Shown: positions 35,315 to 50,300, numbered from the stretch's first letter. The stretch: DNA of 64,000 nucleotides from Orbicella franksi (GCA_964199315.1 OZ116698.1:23746001-23810000); one strand, 5' to 3'. Made by a program: numbers and translations. Notes: generated from the sequence alone by a model not told the origin.

Positions 35315-38300
35315 TGATTTTTTCAGGCTTCTTCTTTCCAATTGCTTAAATTGGAAAATTAACTGCGATGATCATTCTTCACTCTCATCTACAACCGCAG
35401 TTCATATATGAATTATTTCATATAAACTTCACATTATGATCAAAATTGCTGAAAATTATCCTAGTGCGCTGGCTTTTATCAGCTTTCCCTGAGTTCTTTA
35501 ATGACTCGATCGACTTAACAAAGCATACCTACAGTGAATTTACTAATACATTACCTAACAGCTACTTGAGAAAGTCATGGTCGTGTAGCTTGTTCGTGAC
35601 AATCCTACCTCAAACGCGCAATATAGTGCCTCGGTGGTTCACCCCTTCACCTTTTTCCGTATAAATAGCTCAAACGCACAATATAGTGCCTCGGTGGTTC
35701 ACCCCTACACCTTTTCTCGTATAAATAGCTCAAACGCGCAATATAGTGCCTCGGTGGTTCACCCCTACACCTTTTCTCGTATAAATAGCTCAAACGCGCA
35801 ATATAGTGCCTCGGTGGTTCACCCCTACACCTTTTCTCGTATAAATAGCTCAAACGCGCAATATGGTGCCTCGGTGGTTCACCCCTACACCTTTTTCCGT
35901 ATAAATTGAACCAATATATTTTTGCTTTTATTAGACATTAGAATGTTAAGCACTTCAATTACACTGTCTCTTACAACCGAAAATTGCATTGTTATTTGTG
36001 TTTGTTGTAGCAACAAGAAAGAATGTTATCGTGCTCTTGTACTGGATCGAATTGTTCGATTAACCTTTTCCTATATTTAAGAATTCAGAGAATTCACTGC
36101 TTACGTACTTGATAAAAAAGACTTTGTTAACCCAACATTCCTAGCCCCTGACGTATCATTTAATGCTAAAATTACTGAACATTGTTTTGGTTAGGTTCTA
36201 GTAAAACGTTGACAGAATTTGAGTTTTACATATGAGTAGAAATTGCTTTTGCTTTTTCTGTAAACATGTCTTGGTTGTGCTGGATTACGACGTACACTAT
36301 AAAAAACATTTCTCGCATTCCTTAAAAAAAATAAAACATCGGGTATTTTTAAAGGGAGTCTTCAAGCAAACCTTGATTGACAGGCTGTAAGTTTTGCGTC
36401 TACCAAAAGAGATATGATTGTTGATGTACACGCAAACAGTTACTTTATGCCTTAATATTCTTCATCATGTGTGTTCAAAGATTACCTATTTCCCCAAGGC
36501 TCCTACAACCGTTAAATTTATTTTCGGTTTTCTTTGGTATACTTGTGTAGTTGTACTTCTGTTACATATTGTGCTTTCTGAATTGGCAGCTTTTAACTTC
36601 GACATTGCGTAAACATAAGTTTAATTTGTAATTTTCTGTACTTCGTACAGGGTAAGTTTAAAAATATTATTTTTGTTAATGTTCAATTAATACAAATAGG
36701 GCCACCGTAAGTGCGCATGCCACGTGCATTATTTAAATGCTCGGTCCTCAAAAGTGTATAATCATGATTAATTTCGGTGGTTGCCATTTTCTAGGCCAAG
36801 TCAGGCGAATAAATGAAAAAAATGTTTTCGCTTAAAACCTATTTTTTTTAAAGAATGATAGAAGATTTATGAAAAAAGTAAAGTAAATATGATGCTGTCC
36901 GTATCATTTGCATCCAGATCAATAGCGGTTTCATATATTATCACAGTTACTCAGAGTTCCTCGGATCAAAATGTCTCGGCAGCACTCAGCCGAAGCGCCC
37001 TGTCGTACGTCATAAGATGGTTTCTTCGTTGCTAAGCTCTCGTAAATCAAGGCGTACACGTTTGGTGCAGTTTCACATCATCATTTGCTGTTAGCAATTG
37101 AGTGTTTAGTTGACTGTTTGTATTTATAGTTAGAAAACATGGCTGAATCAATAACTTAACAGGAAGTGCATGACTATCCTAAGTACTTGAGGCTATTTTA
37201 GATCTCAGAGTTCATATAATGCATACAATGAAACCAAATGAGAATTTTTTTCCTTTCCCTTCAGTTTTTCATCTGTTTTTTTGTTAAGCTAAGTGAGACA
37301 AATTAATAATGTGTGTCTTAAGCCTCAGTACTATTAGAATGGAGCTATCACGCAAAGTGACAATGCTTTTCGAGTTGGCTGCTGTCTTTCGGCACATATA
37401 GGCAAAGAAGCTTTTACAATGCAGATTGTACAAGGACTGTTAATCCTCATTCATAATTTGTTTTGCCCTTTTCCCGAAGAAATTGTACTAGGCAAGTCCT
37501 GAGAATGGAGAACCAAGTTCTCCCAAATGTCAGTGCCTAATGGGTTGGTAATAGAAGAAACTCTTGTTTATTTCATTGTAATGGACTTGATAACAAATAT
37601 TTTCCCCTCATTTTCTCTTGACATTTTAGCTAATAAAAGGAAATTTTCACACAGGTCGATGTCATTCCCTCACTACGTGACTACAATGGCAGTGATCATT
37701 CGCATCTTATCAAGCTGGACGTTCGGGAACCCCGCTTAAGGCGTGTGCGTTACGGGCGTGTCCTCACAAATCATCCTGTCAACGAAGAGTTTGAAGAGCA
37801 GCTGTCAAAGCCATTTTATTTTCAACAAGAAGAGCATGGTCCTGTCACTGAGGTTCTGTATCCAAAGGACACTGAGTCACCTGAAATTGCAGCTTTCAAA
37901 AAGGGTAAGATCGAATGAAACAAACTGAGATTAAGAAACCGCGCAATCAATGTCACGAGCTTTTGGAAAAGTCAATTTCTGCCTAATAGCAACACTGATC
38001 ATTATATACTCGTCGGTTTAGCTCCATTCTTATTTCGTTGATTAGAGAGTTAAAAGAAGGGATCATCATAGATTTGTATCCTTGTCAAGAACAGTGTTGT
38101 TGTTGCGTTCATGGAATGATTGATCTCTAAAGGCTCGAGTTTTAACTTGATCACGAATGAATCACCGATATTTCAATAACCAGTTGTGTTGGATAATAAA
38201 TAATTAACCCCCCTCCCCCTCCCCTTCCACCAGAATAAACAAAAACAAAGCAAACCACTGTCGTAAGGTTAATTTCCCATTTTCCTGTCTGGAGGGAAAC

Positions 38301-41300
38301 CATCCTGGATGTAGCGAGTCACTGTACATCAACAGAGTGGAAAATAATTTCGGATTTTGCTATAACCTGTGTGTATTCAACAAATTCATTCTGCAACTAG
38401 TTGCACAGCTTCAGCTGTACTGATTGAGCTTCGTATAACATGTACAACAAGAAATTATGCTTCATTTGTTTATTGTATGGTGACAGGTATTGCAGGTGCA
38501 TTTCAACTCAACCTAAAGGAGGCTCTTAGATCTGACATCTATGAAGTGCAGGAACACGATGATTCTGGTATCTTTCGAACCAAATATAACGTCCTCTCTG
38601 CCAATGTTACACACGCTCATCTTCATCGAACCTGGACAAACTTCGACTACCAACAATTTGCAGATGGTACTCCGACGAAAGGACAACACAAGATACAATC
38701 TCAGCACAGCGCTCACGTTCACGTGAAAGATGGAAGAATTCACCAAATTCACCGCACAAACGAGGCATTCTTCAGACCTGCGAATGGCCATCCGAGGGCG
38801 GACAATTTCGAAGGCTTTCAAGGTCAGGACCAAGACATAGAAATGTCAACCCGAGGGTACAGCAAGCTGACGTTAAGGTCTTGTTCAGAGCCTGAACATC
38901 GACGTTCCAAGCGTTCTGCAACTGAGGAAGAGCATCTGAAAATGGTACGTTCCCTTGCCAGCGATAATCTTCTATTTACAGACACCGAGAAGATAAACTG
39001 GTCAAAGATCGGGGGAGAGAAGAAGAAGATGAGACCTTTCTATGAAGTGCTGCGCTGCTTTACTGACAAGGACATGAAAGAGCGAGAAATTGGTGATTGT
39101 TCAAATGAGATGCATCGCATGGTTCGTGACGATCAAGGTACTTTTCAGATGGTTGCGAGATTGGTTCGGGATCGAAGTCACCAAAACCTCACATCATGGG
39201 CGGTATATGTAGCTGCACTTGCAGGACACGGAAAGTACGAAGCCCAAAATGCTTTGGCACAGGCAGTCCAAGCAGACTATCCGAGACCTCTTAGCAAGGA
39301 AGAATATGAGACTCTACTGGTAGGAACTTTCTATTTGCCAGAGGGTCCACTTCACGCGCGGCTTTTCGATGCCCTGTTACATTTGGTATCGCGAGAAGAG
39401 AAAGGAGATGAAGTGACCTCCACAGCAATGTTAGTCTTAGCTGGTCTCGTTGAAAGAGCAAAGCGAGCAGGCTATAATGAAACCTTGGGTGATAACATTG
39501 CAGAGATGATACACAACAGATACAGAAACAGATCAACTCTTTATCATCCTGATAGCGAAGAGTACGAAATGAACCTACGAGACCACATCTGGGCCTTTGG
39601 AAATCTCGGACATCATTCCGGACTTTCTGTTATCCTGGAACACATTGACCACGATAACTCTGGAATACGATCAGCGGTGATTTCGGCCATGCGCAAGCTT
39701 CCCCCAGAACACACAAATCAACACCTACTGCGTGCGCTATACACGGATGAACACTCCGAAGTAAAAGCTGCGGTTGTTAATGTCTTCGTTGAGCGTCACC
39801 AACATTTAAGCGATTCAGTGGTTCAAGGCCTGGAGCATGCGCTGTGGCACGCTTCGGAAAGCGAGACCTTAGATTCATCGATTATGGAACTTCTTGAAAA
39901 CCATGGTAGCCATCCCAAAGCGGTCTACCTACGTAAGAGGCGAAGCGCAATTCATCGCCGTAAACGGGCTCTGTTTCCATTTCTTCGTCCAAGAGAGTTT
40001 TCCCTTGGCCCGTCCAAACGATGGGTGAAAACATATGGTGGCAAATGGCTGGGAGCAGAATCAGTGATTCAGTTTGTCAATCAAGTTAAGCTAAGAATTG
40101 GCATTTTTGGCGGAAACTTTGAGGTGAACCTGGACAATCATGCAAACATTCAAGCTTATATCCTCAAATTTGGTTTTGAAGTCGCCCGTGGTAAGGCTGC
40201 TTTCAAGGCCTCTGCCAGTTTTAAGAATGACTTCCCGAAGGACCTCATCCACGCCATTGCCGACGCCGGAGACGATTTACTGAAACAGTTCGACAGTATT
40301 ACAAGTGTGATTGCGGAACAAATAAACAAATTTATCGAAAAATTAGCTGGATATCTGCCGTTGTACATTGACAAATTTGTAGACTTCGTTAATAAAGTTG
40401 TTCAGTTTGTGCAGAACCTCGTACAACCTTTACGACCAATTAACCTCATCAGTAAAGTCATCAAAATTGCCAGAGATGTCCTTGACCGCGTTAAGGATTG
40501 GAAGTGGCTCATAGACAAGATCAAGAAAATACAGCTGAGTCTTGGAAAGCTAACTGCTGTTGACGACATCTTTAGAAACGTCATTGCAGCTCTGGACAAA
40601 ATCTTGAACATTGTTGGTGGCATAACCAAGTACCTACCCCACAATCTGCCGGGAAACTTCAGCATCAAGAAACTCCTGGATATTCTCCGCTCGGTCTCCG
40701 TGGATCTTCACCTGGACAAAATCAAAGACTACTTCAATTCTTTAGGCTTCTCTGTGCCTGGAGGTTTCCGTTTGCAGCTTCCATTCAAGTTCTCCATTCG
40801 ATTCTCCTTTTCGCTGGAATCGTTTCAGCAAGTTGCCTTGAAGCTCCTGCGATTTGCCAACCGTTTCCTGGATATGTCTTCGTTGTTGGATTTTCTTGAT
40901 GGAATGCGATTCCCAAAATTACAGCTGCCTGACATGAACCTGCGATTCCCACCTTTTCAAGGCAGTGGCTTTAACTTTGGCCTGCGTTTTGACTGGCGAG
41001 TCAGCTTAAAGTTCAAACTGAATCTAAAATCTCCAAGCTTTCAGAATTTCATCTCTATTTTTAGAAAACTCGGAGACTTTTTCGAACAGTTCAGACTCCC
41101 AGGTTTTGATCTCGAGAGGTTCTTCCAAGAAATATTGCCAGGCAAGAACTTTGACATAGAAGAGATGTTCCGTGGACTCCTGGGTGGGAATCAAAGCGCC
41201 AATTCTACAAATCCAGCAGACGTCCTGCAAGACTTTCTTGAAAATCTTATTAATAAGCTTGACCTAGAATTTAAAAATGTTTCCGCCATAAGTGACATAA

Positions 41301-44300
41301 CAGATTTCTTTCAAGAATTTGGGCCGGCAATGGAACAGTTTGCGGAAAAGAGCGTAACGCGAATTTGCGGCGTTTACGAACTTGCGTTGAATTCCTCCCA
41401 GGAATTTAAAGATTTTGGAGAAAATGTCGAAAAAGAAGGAATCGAAGTACTCCAAGTCGTTGAGAATACAACCCAAAACGCACTTACCGAACTATTGAAC
41501 TTTACAATCCTTGTAGACACTTTACTAGACGAAATTCAACACAACTTTACCACGGCAGCAAAAGGGTTTGTTTCAAACTCCCTACAAGAGCTTACTGGTA
41601 AACTAAAAGATATCCAGGATCTTGCAGATAACATCGTGGACTTTGCCAACGGGACAGCTTCGAAAGTTAATGGCGCATGCACCAAAGCTGCAAATTTCTC
41701 TGCGGATGTAATTGACAAAGTTCAAGTGAACGCACGTGAAGCACTTACTGAACTTGGGTCGTTCATCGGACCAGTAGCAGCAAAGATGAAAACGGTTGGA
41801 GCGGAATTGAAGTCTGCTGTTACCAAGGTCGAAACATGGTACGAAGAAAACCTAGCAGCTCGTGTGGGGAGGATATCTCGCGTTGCCCAAATCATATCAG
41901 ATTTTCTTTCAATTCTTAATACGAAGAAAGGATTTCTGAAATCTGCCCGCGAAATTGCTTCCCGTATCAATGAAGTTCTCGCGCGACTACGAAATCTCCC
42001 CGAGTACGCAAACAAGGCGAGGAAAACGGCAGATGATGTTCTCAATTTTGCTGACAGAGCTCAGGACTACAAAAACGAGATTCAGAAGCTTGACATTAGA
42101 AAACAGTTCGGAATCGACTTTGACCAGCGCGTGAAAGATGTTTGCAATGAATTTAACACCATTGCCGCGGAGACGCTCAACAAGTTCGGGAGATTTGACA
42201 TAGTGGAAGAAGTTGACACGTTTTTTAACAAAGAAGCGGACAAGCTTATCGGCAAAGCTGTATCAAAGTTTAGAAGAATTAAAGAACCTATATACGAAAT
42301 ACAGGAAGAACTGCGGGAGATAAAGTCCATGGTACGTGAAGTGATGGCAGTCTTGACAGATCTTAAACCTTTCACCAACAACTTCTCACCTATACTGGAG
42401 ACTGCAGGAAAGTTGCCTGATTGCCAGGAGATCAAGAAAATATTCCTTGAAAGTGCAAAGCCATGCGTCCGGAAAGCACTGGTGGTTGGCCGATACGTTA
42501 TTGATCAATACAAGGACTTCAAGAAAGAGATAAAGGTTCTTTATGGTATGGTACCAGAAACATGGAAGAACTTTAAGATACAGAAATGTGTCAAGGGCGG
42601 AACATGCATTTCCAAAGCGTTCATTGATCAAGCTAAAGCCATCAAAGACAAAGCAGATGTCCTCAAGGACAAATTCAAAGAAGCAAGTGGTTATACGGAC
42701 ATGCTTGAAACGTGCGGACAAGGGGTTGACAATATCACGGCTGTTGTTGACACTGTAAAGCTTCTTGTTGAACAGGTTCGAAACTTTTCTCTCCAAGACG
42801 ATGTTCAAAGGGTGAAGGACGTTTTCCAAAAGATCACTGGCCGAAAACCAGAAGGCAGTGAGGGAGGTGGCGTTCAGAAACGGTCCATAAAAGACGTAAA
42901 AGAACGCATCGGTAGGATTGTTGATTACATCAAGAAGGCCAAAGACATGCAAGAGAAAATGCAGGATTTGCTGAAGAACACATTCAAAGTAATGCGAAAT
43001 GTCTATGATGATGCAGTGTTAGAGCATGTTCAAGCTCTGAAGGATGTGCGCTCCAAGCTTAAACTATCATACGAACTATGGCAAAAGACAAAGAATATAA
43101 ACCACGTCTTGCAGGCGTTAGACACCGTCACTCAAAGCGCTTCCAAATATGCTGATAGATTAAAAGGTGTGACGGATTCATTTTCGAACCCAATTGTCAA
43201 CCTTTTGTCCGAGACTGGAGAGCTCAGTGACGTTGTGAAGCCCTATCTTGACAAGTATACTACCAAATTCACCGACACCATCGCAAAAGTCAACAACTTT
43301 TTGGACAAAGTCACCGACTTTCTTAACAAGCTTCAGCTGCGTCAGAGAGGTTTGGATGTTAGCGCTTACAAACCATGGCAGCAAATATCATACTGCTCCG
43401 AAGAAGTGTGTCTACGCTCCATTAGGCGATCATCGTCACCTTATCTCAAGACCATTTTCACGTGGAAGTTCCCGCATCTCGATGATCTCTCCTCCATGGA
43501 CAAGAGTGGACGCTGGCTGACCCCTGGTCTTTTCGATGATTATAAAGTGGAAGGGATATCCTCATTTTCCAAAAGCGAAACCATCCTTGGTATGCATGGT
43601 GTGTCAAGTAACAAAGGGAAGGCCTCGCTGTTGGTAGTAACAAACTTTGGCAACGGTGTCAAGAAGATCATTCAACTTGGAAGTAAAGGAAGTCCTCTTG
43701 CAGTGCGAATAGGAGGTGTGGTGGTAGCTAGAGAGTACATCTGGATCAGCGACGGCTCCTCAAATAAGATCTACTCAGTCAAGAAATCTGGTGTGACTGG
43801 CTCCTTTTCGTCTCCAAAACCATCTTGGGTTGGAGTGTCCAAATCCGTTTCCGTCGAAGGAACTGCAACTTCCGTGTCGTATGATGAGCCAAGCAATGTC
43901 CTGTGGGTAACAGACGGAAAAGGTGGGAAGGCGTACGGTTATAAGCTGTCAGCCAATGGGGATTTAGCTTCTTCTGGCTTAGCGCCCGACAGAGTAATTC
44001 ATATTGGAGCAAATGCGCAAGGCACCACCATAGTGAGACAGTTCAGTACCGAGTATGTTTGCATCTCCAAGTGTGCGATGATCTCAGGTTTTCAGTGTAA
44101 GCTTGAGTTTCATGACATTTCTGGTGGTGACCAAATCGGAGAAAACACACTGGCAAGAGTGGTTCGAACTCCCTCGGGTTTAGAATCAGTCACCAGAGTT
44201 GACAACGAAGTTATTGCGGTAGCGTTCTCAAGTGGCACCTATGCTGAAAAAGAAAACATAGAGCTTATGGGTGGTGACTTTGAAGACAGATATTTTTATC

Positions 44301-47300
44301 TTAGGCTGCCGATTCTTAAAATGACTTTCGGAATCCAAGAGAACTGCTTGTTTTTCTCCGTGATGAGGGATTACATTGTACGACCGCGAAGGCTGTTTCC
44401 ATTTGGAGATATGATTTGTGGAACTACACGCAAGCGAAGCATTTCACAAGAACTGTTAGAATCTGACGTTTATTCGGAACAACTCGAGGAAGTCCACAAG
44501 AGAAATAAGCGAATTCGAAGACAGGCCACAGATCTGGGATCTTGTATGACGTTATTCCGAGGGAATGTACTCAGAGGTTACCAGAAATTTTTCCCTGAAT
44601 ATGAGCAAGTTATCATCGTGTTTGGTATACCAGTAAAGCTGTTTGCTGGGGCTGGTGGTTACTACAGTGTGGATTACCAAGGGCAAGTATGTATGCGTGA
44701 TAAGACTTTCAAACTGGGTCTCATTCCCGGAGCGTGGGTCTCTGTGTACGCTGGTGCATCCTTATCACTCTGGATTGTGGAAGCGGGAATAACGATCGAG
44801 GCGAGACTTCTCGAGACCTATTTTGTACCAGAGCTACGAATCAAGATCAACAAGTGGCCTCTAAAGGCGTGCATCGAGCTCAAGTTGCGAATGACACCGC
44901 TCCACATTCGAGTTTGGCTTTGGTATCGATTCCGTCTTTGCATTCGGATCAAGTGTTGGTTGTTTGGCTGCAGTATAAGGATCAGATGGTGCTCAAAGAA
45001 GACACTTGCAGAGTGGTGGTGGTCAGCGAAAACGATCGACAGGACCCTCTTTAATAATTGCAAGCAAGATGTAGACAGAACTCCTCCCATTGCTGGATCG
45101 TGCACTGCAAGACAAGCCGCGGACAAGAAGTATTTTGTCCAATGGCATGGATTTCACGAAGACACCAAAATCAATAGTTACCACGTCAGCATAGGATCCC
45201 TACAAGGCTATGGCGATGATTACTCGGCATGGGTGGGGTCATCTTTAAGCCTAGTAATCACCGATCTTCCCATAATGCATGGCAGAGACGTTTATGTCAG
45301 CGTATTTGCCACAAATGACGGTGGACTTGACAGCCCTTTAGTAAACTGCCCGAAGTTTCAGGCGAGACGTCAGGGACCACAGATGCGCTTCGTCTACGAT
45401 GGTGTTATGGAGGCACAAGACGCAGACTATCAGTCGGATACCCACGCTTTGGGTATGAATTTTGCTTTCAAGGGCGATGTCAAGGACATTGTGCACATAA
45501 AATGGGGCGTGTCCTCTAATACCAGCTGTACTTTTGACGAGGCAGAATCGGACATTGTTCCTTTGACCCCTCTCGGCGATTCCACCTCTATCCAGACCTC
45601 TGGCTTGGATTTACGTCACGGCCATAAATACTTCACTCGCCTATATGCGATGGATTCTTTTGGTTTGAAGGCTTTAATGTGTAGCGATGGTATCCTGATT
45701 GACACAACGCCACCCATTGCAGGGCATTTTCAAGACGGTGCGGGGGAAGGAGACGCAATGTACCTTCCATCGCTAAGGCGTGTACGTGGAAAGTTTGATC
45801 CTTTCACCGATCCCGAAAGCCCTATTATAAAGTATGAGTGGAAGATTCTGGGAAACAACTCCAATGAAGATGTAACACCGTTTGCAAATATCCCACTTAC
45901 CCAACAGGCACCCCTTATGGTTGGCCTCTCTCTTGTAGCTGGTTCTCCTTACAGGCTTGTATTGCGTGGAACTAACGCTGCAGGGCTTCAAACAATTATC
46001 ACAACAAATGGATTTATACCTGATAATACACCACCTCATTGTGAAGGCAAAGTTATTGACGTGACGGACGAAGTGGACTTGTATGACGTGGATTTTGTAA
46101 GAGAATTAAATAGTATTCAAGCAAAATGGAGATGTATAGACGAGGAAAGTAATATTCGTGTGCAACTTGTTGGAGTTGGAACTTATCCAGGTGGAGATGA
46201 TGTTAAAGCTTTCGAAAATGTCGCCTTCGTTACACACACTGTTTCAGAGGATGGAGTGATGTTTGTCAGCTTCTCCGATATAAACATTCTGCCGAAGGTT
46301 AGATACCACGTGACTGTTAAGATCATAAACGGAGCTGGTCTGAAGAAAACTATTACTTCTGATGGTATTCTTATGGACATTACACCGCCAACGGTAGCTG
46401 CACAGTACATTAAGGACGGAGTAGGAGGTAAAGACACGAATTTCACTAAGGAAAGATTTACTTTTAGTACTCACTGGGAACAGGCGTTCGCTGATGCAGA
46501 AAGTGGCCTTGTGGAATACCGTGTTGCACTGGGTACCAAGCCTGGGCTCGGTGACATTCAGAACTTCAAGACAGTGGGAGTACAAACTAGTGTGACTATT
46601 GCGGGATTGTTTCTGAAAAGCGGCGAGCGTTACTTCGTGACAGTTGTTGGTTGTAACGGAGTTGGAATGTGTATTAATGGCAGTAGCAACGGTGCCATTG
46701 TAGACTTTGTACCTCCCCACACTGGGAAAGTTGTCACTGGATTAGCAGGTCCTCCGGTGTTGTATCAGTGGATAACAAAGTCGGTATGGGCGAGGTGGAA
46801 TTGGTGTTTGGCTGATGAGAAGAGAGTCTCGGGACTGCTAAACAACAGCCAGTGTAGCAATGACAGCTTCTACGATGTCCACAGTGGAGTGGTTGGCTTT
46901 GGTATTTCGGTAGCGTCATTGGAAACTGATAACCTTCTGGCACCACCCAAGATGGCTGGACGAGTACGGTCTACAGGCCGCAACATTGACCTTGAAGATG
47001 GAGTGTACTCGGTGGTTATTGAAGCTAGAGATAGAGCAGGTGTTGCTGCTCGTGGATTGTCGAATACATTCATTGTTGACAGCAGTCCTCCTGAAATCAC
47101 GTACGTTCAGCACGGGCATTTCGGCGAAACACTGCAGCATATAAACTCACCATTTGCAACGTTGAGATCATATTTTGAAGTCGAAGACGATCTATCTAAG
47201 GTTACAGCCTACAAAGTTGGTGTTGGAAGTTACACTGGTGCGGATGACGTCATGAAATTTCAGACTGTTTCATTAAGTTTACCTGTGTCGTCGCTGCGAG

Positions 47301-50300
47301 CAAACTGGACAGCGCCAAAATCATTATCACTGGAGAACAGCCGACGTTATTTCATCACCATATGGGCTGCCAACAATGCAGGGCTCTTTGCCATCAAATC
47401 ATCTCCGCCTCTGCTTTCTGACTCTGAAGCTCCCAAAGACGGGATTGTTCTTGATGGATGGGGCTTAACAGATGCCCAGTATCAAAGTTATTCCACTCTC
47501 TATCGTGCGCATTGGTATGGCTTTACTGATTTCTCTGGAATAGAAACAGTATACCTTGGATTGTCAAGCAAGCCGCAGTCCACCGTCTGTGACGTCAAAA
47601 AGGAAGACATCGTTCCAGCCAACACAAACTATCATGTTTTATATGGGTTAAACTTGACATCTGGGCAGAAATATTACGCGTGTCTCAAACTGGTAGACAG
47701 AGCTGGAAATTCGGCATTCTTTCAATCTAATGGAGTGCTGGTTGATTCCAGCCCTCCACTGCCAGGTTCTGTGACGGATGGACGACCAGGAGAGGACCTC
47801 GACGTGCAGATCGAGAGCTCAATTCTTCGAGCTTCCTGGGTCAACTTTACAGAGCAAGAAACGAGAATAGTCTCTTATCAGTTGGCATTCGGAACATTCC
47901 CCGGCGGCCAAGATGCCCAGGAATTCACCGGGGTGGGACTCGTGAACGCGGCTGCGAGTTCAAAACTAAAAGTGTCGGAGTTGACAAGTGGCCAGCGTTA
48001 TTACGCCTCAGTAATTGCCTACAATGTGCTCGGCATGCCCAGTGAAATGGTTTCTTCTAACGGTGTCTTGGTGGATTTCACTCCTCCAGTTTTTTCGAGG
48101 CCCACACGTGATGGCAATGATCCCAATCAAGACCTGAGCTACACAACCGCAGGCTCCTTGTCAGTGACCTGGATTTGCGAGGATCTAGAGACATCCCTAG
48201 CTACTGTCGAGGTTGCCTTCGGCCTGCAGCCAGGAGAAGCAGGCGCCATGAATTTCACGAAGGTATCGGTTAATCAAACTGCTTTGGCAGTTGTGCGCAA
48301 TCTTCAGTTGGGATATCGCTATTTTGCGACAGTGCGATGTACAAACAAGGTTGGTCTGAAAGCTGTTTCTTTTTCAGACGGTGTTGTTTTCGACGACACA
48401 CCGCCAAATTTAGTTTACCTGCGGGATGGGGACTATCAAAGCAGGATGAAAAACGTGACAATAAATTTCAAATTTGTCGACACAGAAAGTGGTGTGCAAG
48501 AATATAGAGTTCAAGTATGGAGAAAGCCTTCTTTAAGGTCTGCGATGGATGTTTACGGCTCCTTCAGTCTCAATGGCAGTGTTACCGTGGCAACATTAAC
48601 AATAACAAGAGACCTTGAGAGCGGAAGAAGATATTATGTCAATGTGACAGCAGTGAACGGTGTTGGTTTGCAAACCACAGTACAATCAGATGGATTTGTG
48701 GTTGATAGCTCTCCTCCGATATGCTCTCAGCTCTGGGATGACAAAGCCGATCTTCAACACGACCTGCAGTACGCTCCAAGCTCAAGCAAACGTGTTATTT
48801 CCTGGGTGTGTTATGACAATGAATCTCCGATAGTTCTGTACCGTTTTTCGGTGAAAAATCTACTAACAAACGAGTACGTTATTCCTTTTTACGCACTAAA
48901 AACACTCGTAAACTCCTCAGGATCGGCGATAATCACGGGTGGAGGTAGGATTACTGTAAAATATGAAGAAGGCCAAAGTTACACTGTTGGAATTGAGGTT
49001 GTCAACTCCGTTGGCCTTAAAGCAGTAAATTGGACAAATGGTGTCATCATTGATAGCACCCCACCTGAGGCAACGAAAGTAAAGCTTACGTTTGACCCAA
49101 AGAATGATTCATTAAGGGCTGAGTGGACAGTAGCTGATCAACAGAGTGGAGTCAAATCTGTTGCGTGGGGTCTGGGAACTAATCCAGAGTATAATGACAT
49201 TAAGAACTTCACCGACGTTTCACTAATCAAGACAAGTCTTGTTATCTCTGATGTTCCCTTGCAAGGCGGAAGAACCTACTTTTTGAGGCTCTTTGCTGTA
49301 AACAAGGCCGGCTTATCGAGCACTACATCTTCAAATGGCGTTGTTATCGACCGTACAGCGCCAAATTCTGGTATTGTAGCTGCCCACTATGTCTTCCCAA
49401 GGAACTACGATCGAAACAAGAATGAAGTACCAGGATCGTATTTCGTGGTGTCGTGGAGCGGATTTACAGATCCCGAAAGCGGTATTAGACAAATCAGTTG
49501 GGCTGTGGGTGCAAATCCTCTGGAACTTATACAAAATGGCGGCGATTTGTACACCGACGTAATCGCAGATGACTCTGTTGGCGGAGTCTTTATAGACAAT
49601 CAAACTCTTGTCGGAAATAACACCTATTTTGTCTGCATACGTGCAACAAACGGCGCCGGGCTTCATAGAACCGATTGCTCTCCGGGAATGTTCGTAATAC
49701 TGGGAAAGTTTTCTGCAGGTGTCGTAAGCGACGGTCCAATACCGTCGACAAACGACATTGATTTCCAACTTGACGACAAAGCAATTTGGGCTCACTGGAA
49801 CGGATTCAAAGATCCAGTTTTTGGCATCAGGGGATATGATTGGTGTATCAGAGATCAGCCACCTAATTCTTCCGTGTCGGATGTGTGTAAGTGGCCATTC
49901 GTTGAAGTACACCATCTCAAAACGTCAGCGAACCGCTTTTACAATCTAACACTGGAACACGGCAAGAAATATTACGTCACCGTAAGAGCCGAAAATAACA
50001 GAGGTGAACATGTAAGCTCGTCTTCGGATGGTGTTGTTGTCGATCGAACTCCTCCAGTTGGAAAATCACTCCAAATCTCTCCTACAACTGGGAAGGGTAC
50101 TTTGTACGTAACAACACCGTCTTCTCCTGTGGTCACGTGGTCAATGGACGATCCTGAAAGCGGTATGAGCCACTTCCTTATTGGTGTTGGTAGTTTTCCG
50201 TTCCAAGATGACCTGCTCGAGTTCCAACGCGTCGACAGCCTAAGTCGTTCTATAGACTTAGATCTGTTTAATTTCACGCTTTACGAAGGTCTGACATTTC

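Noticed and set aside
35611-35905. CRISPR-like array
   Set aside because: Contiguous 60-bp units with no unique spacers, in a eukaryotic intron.
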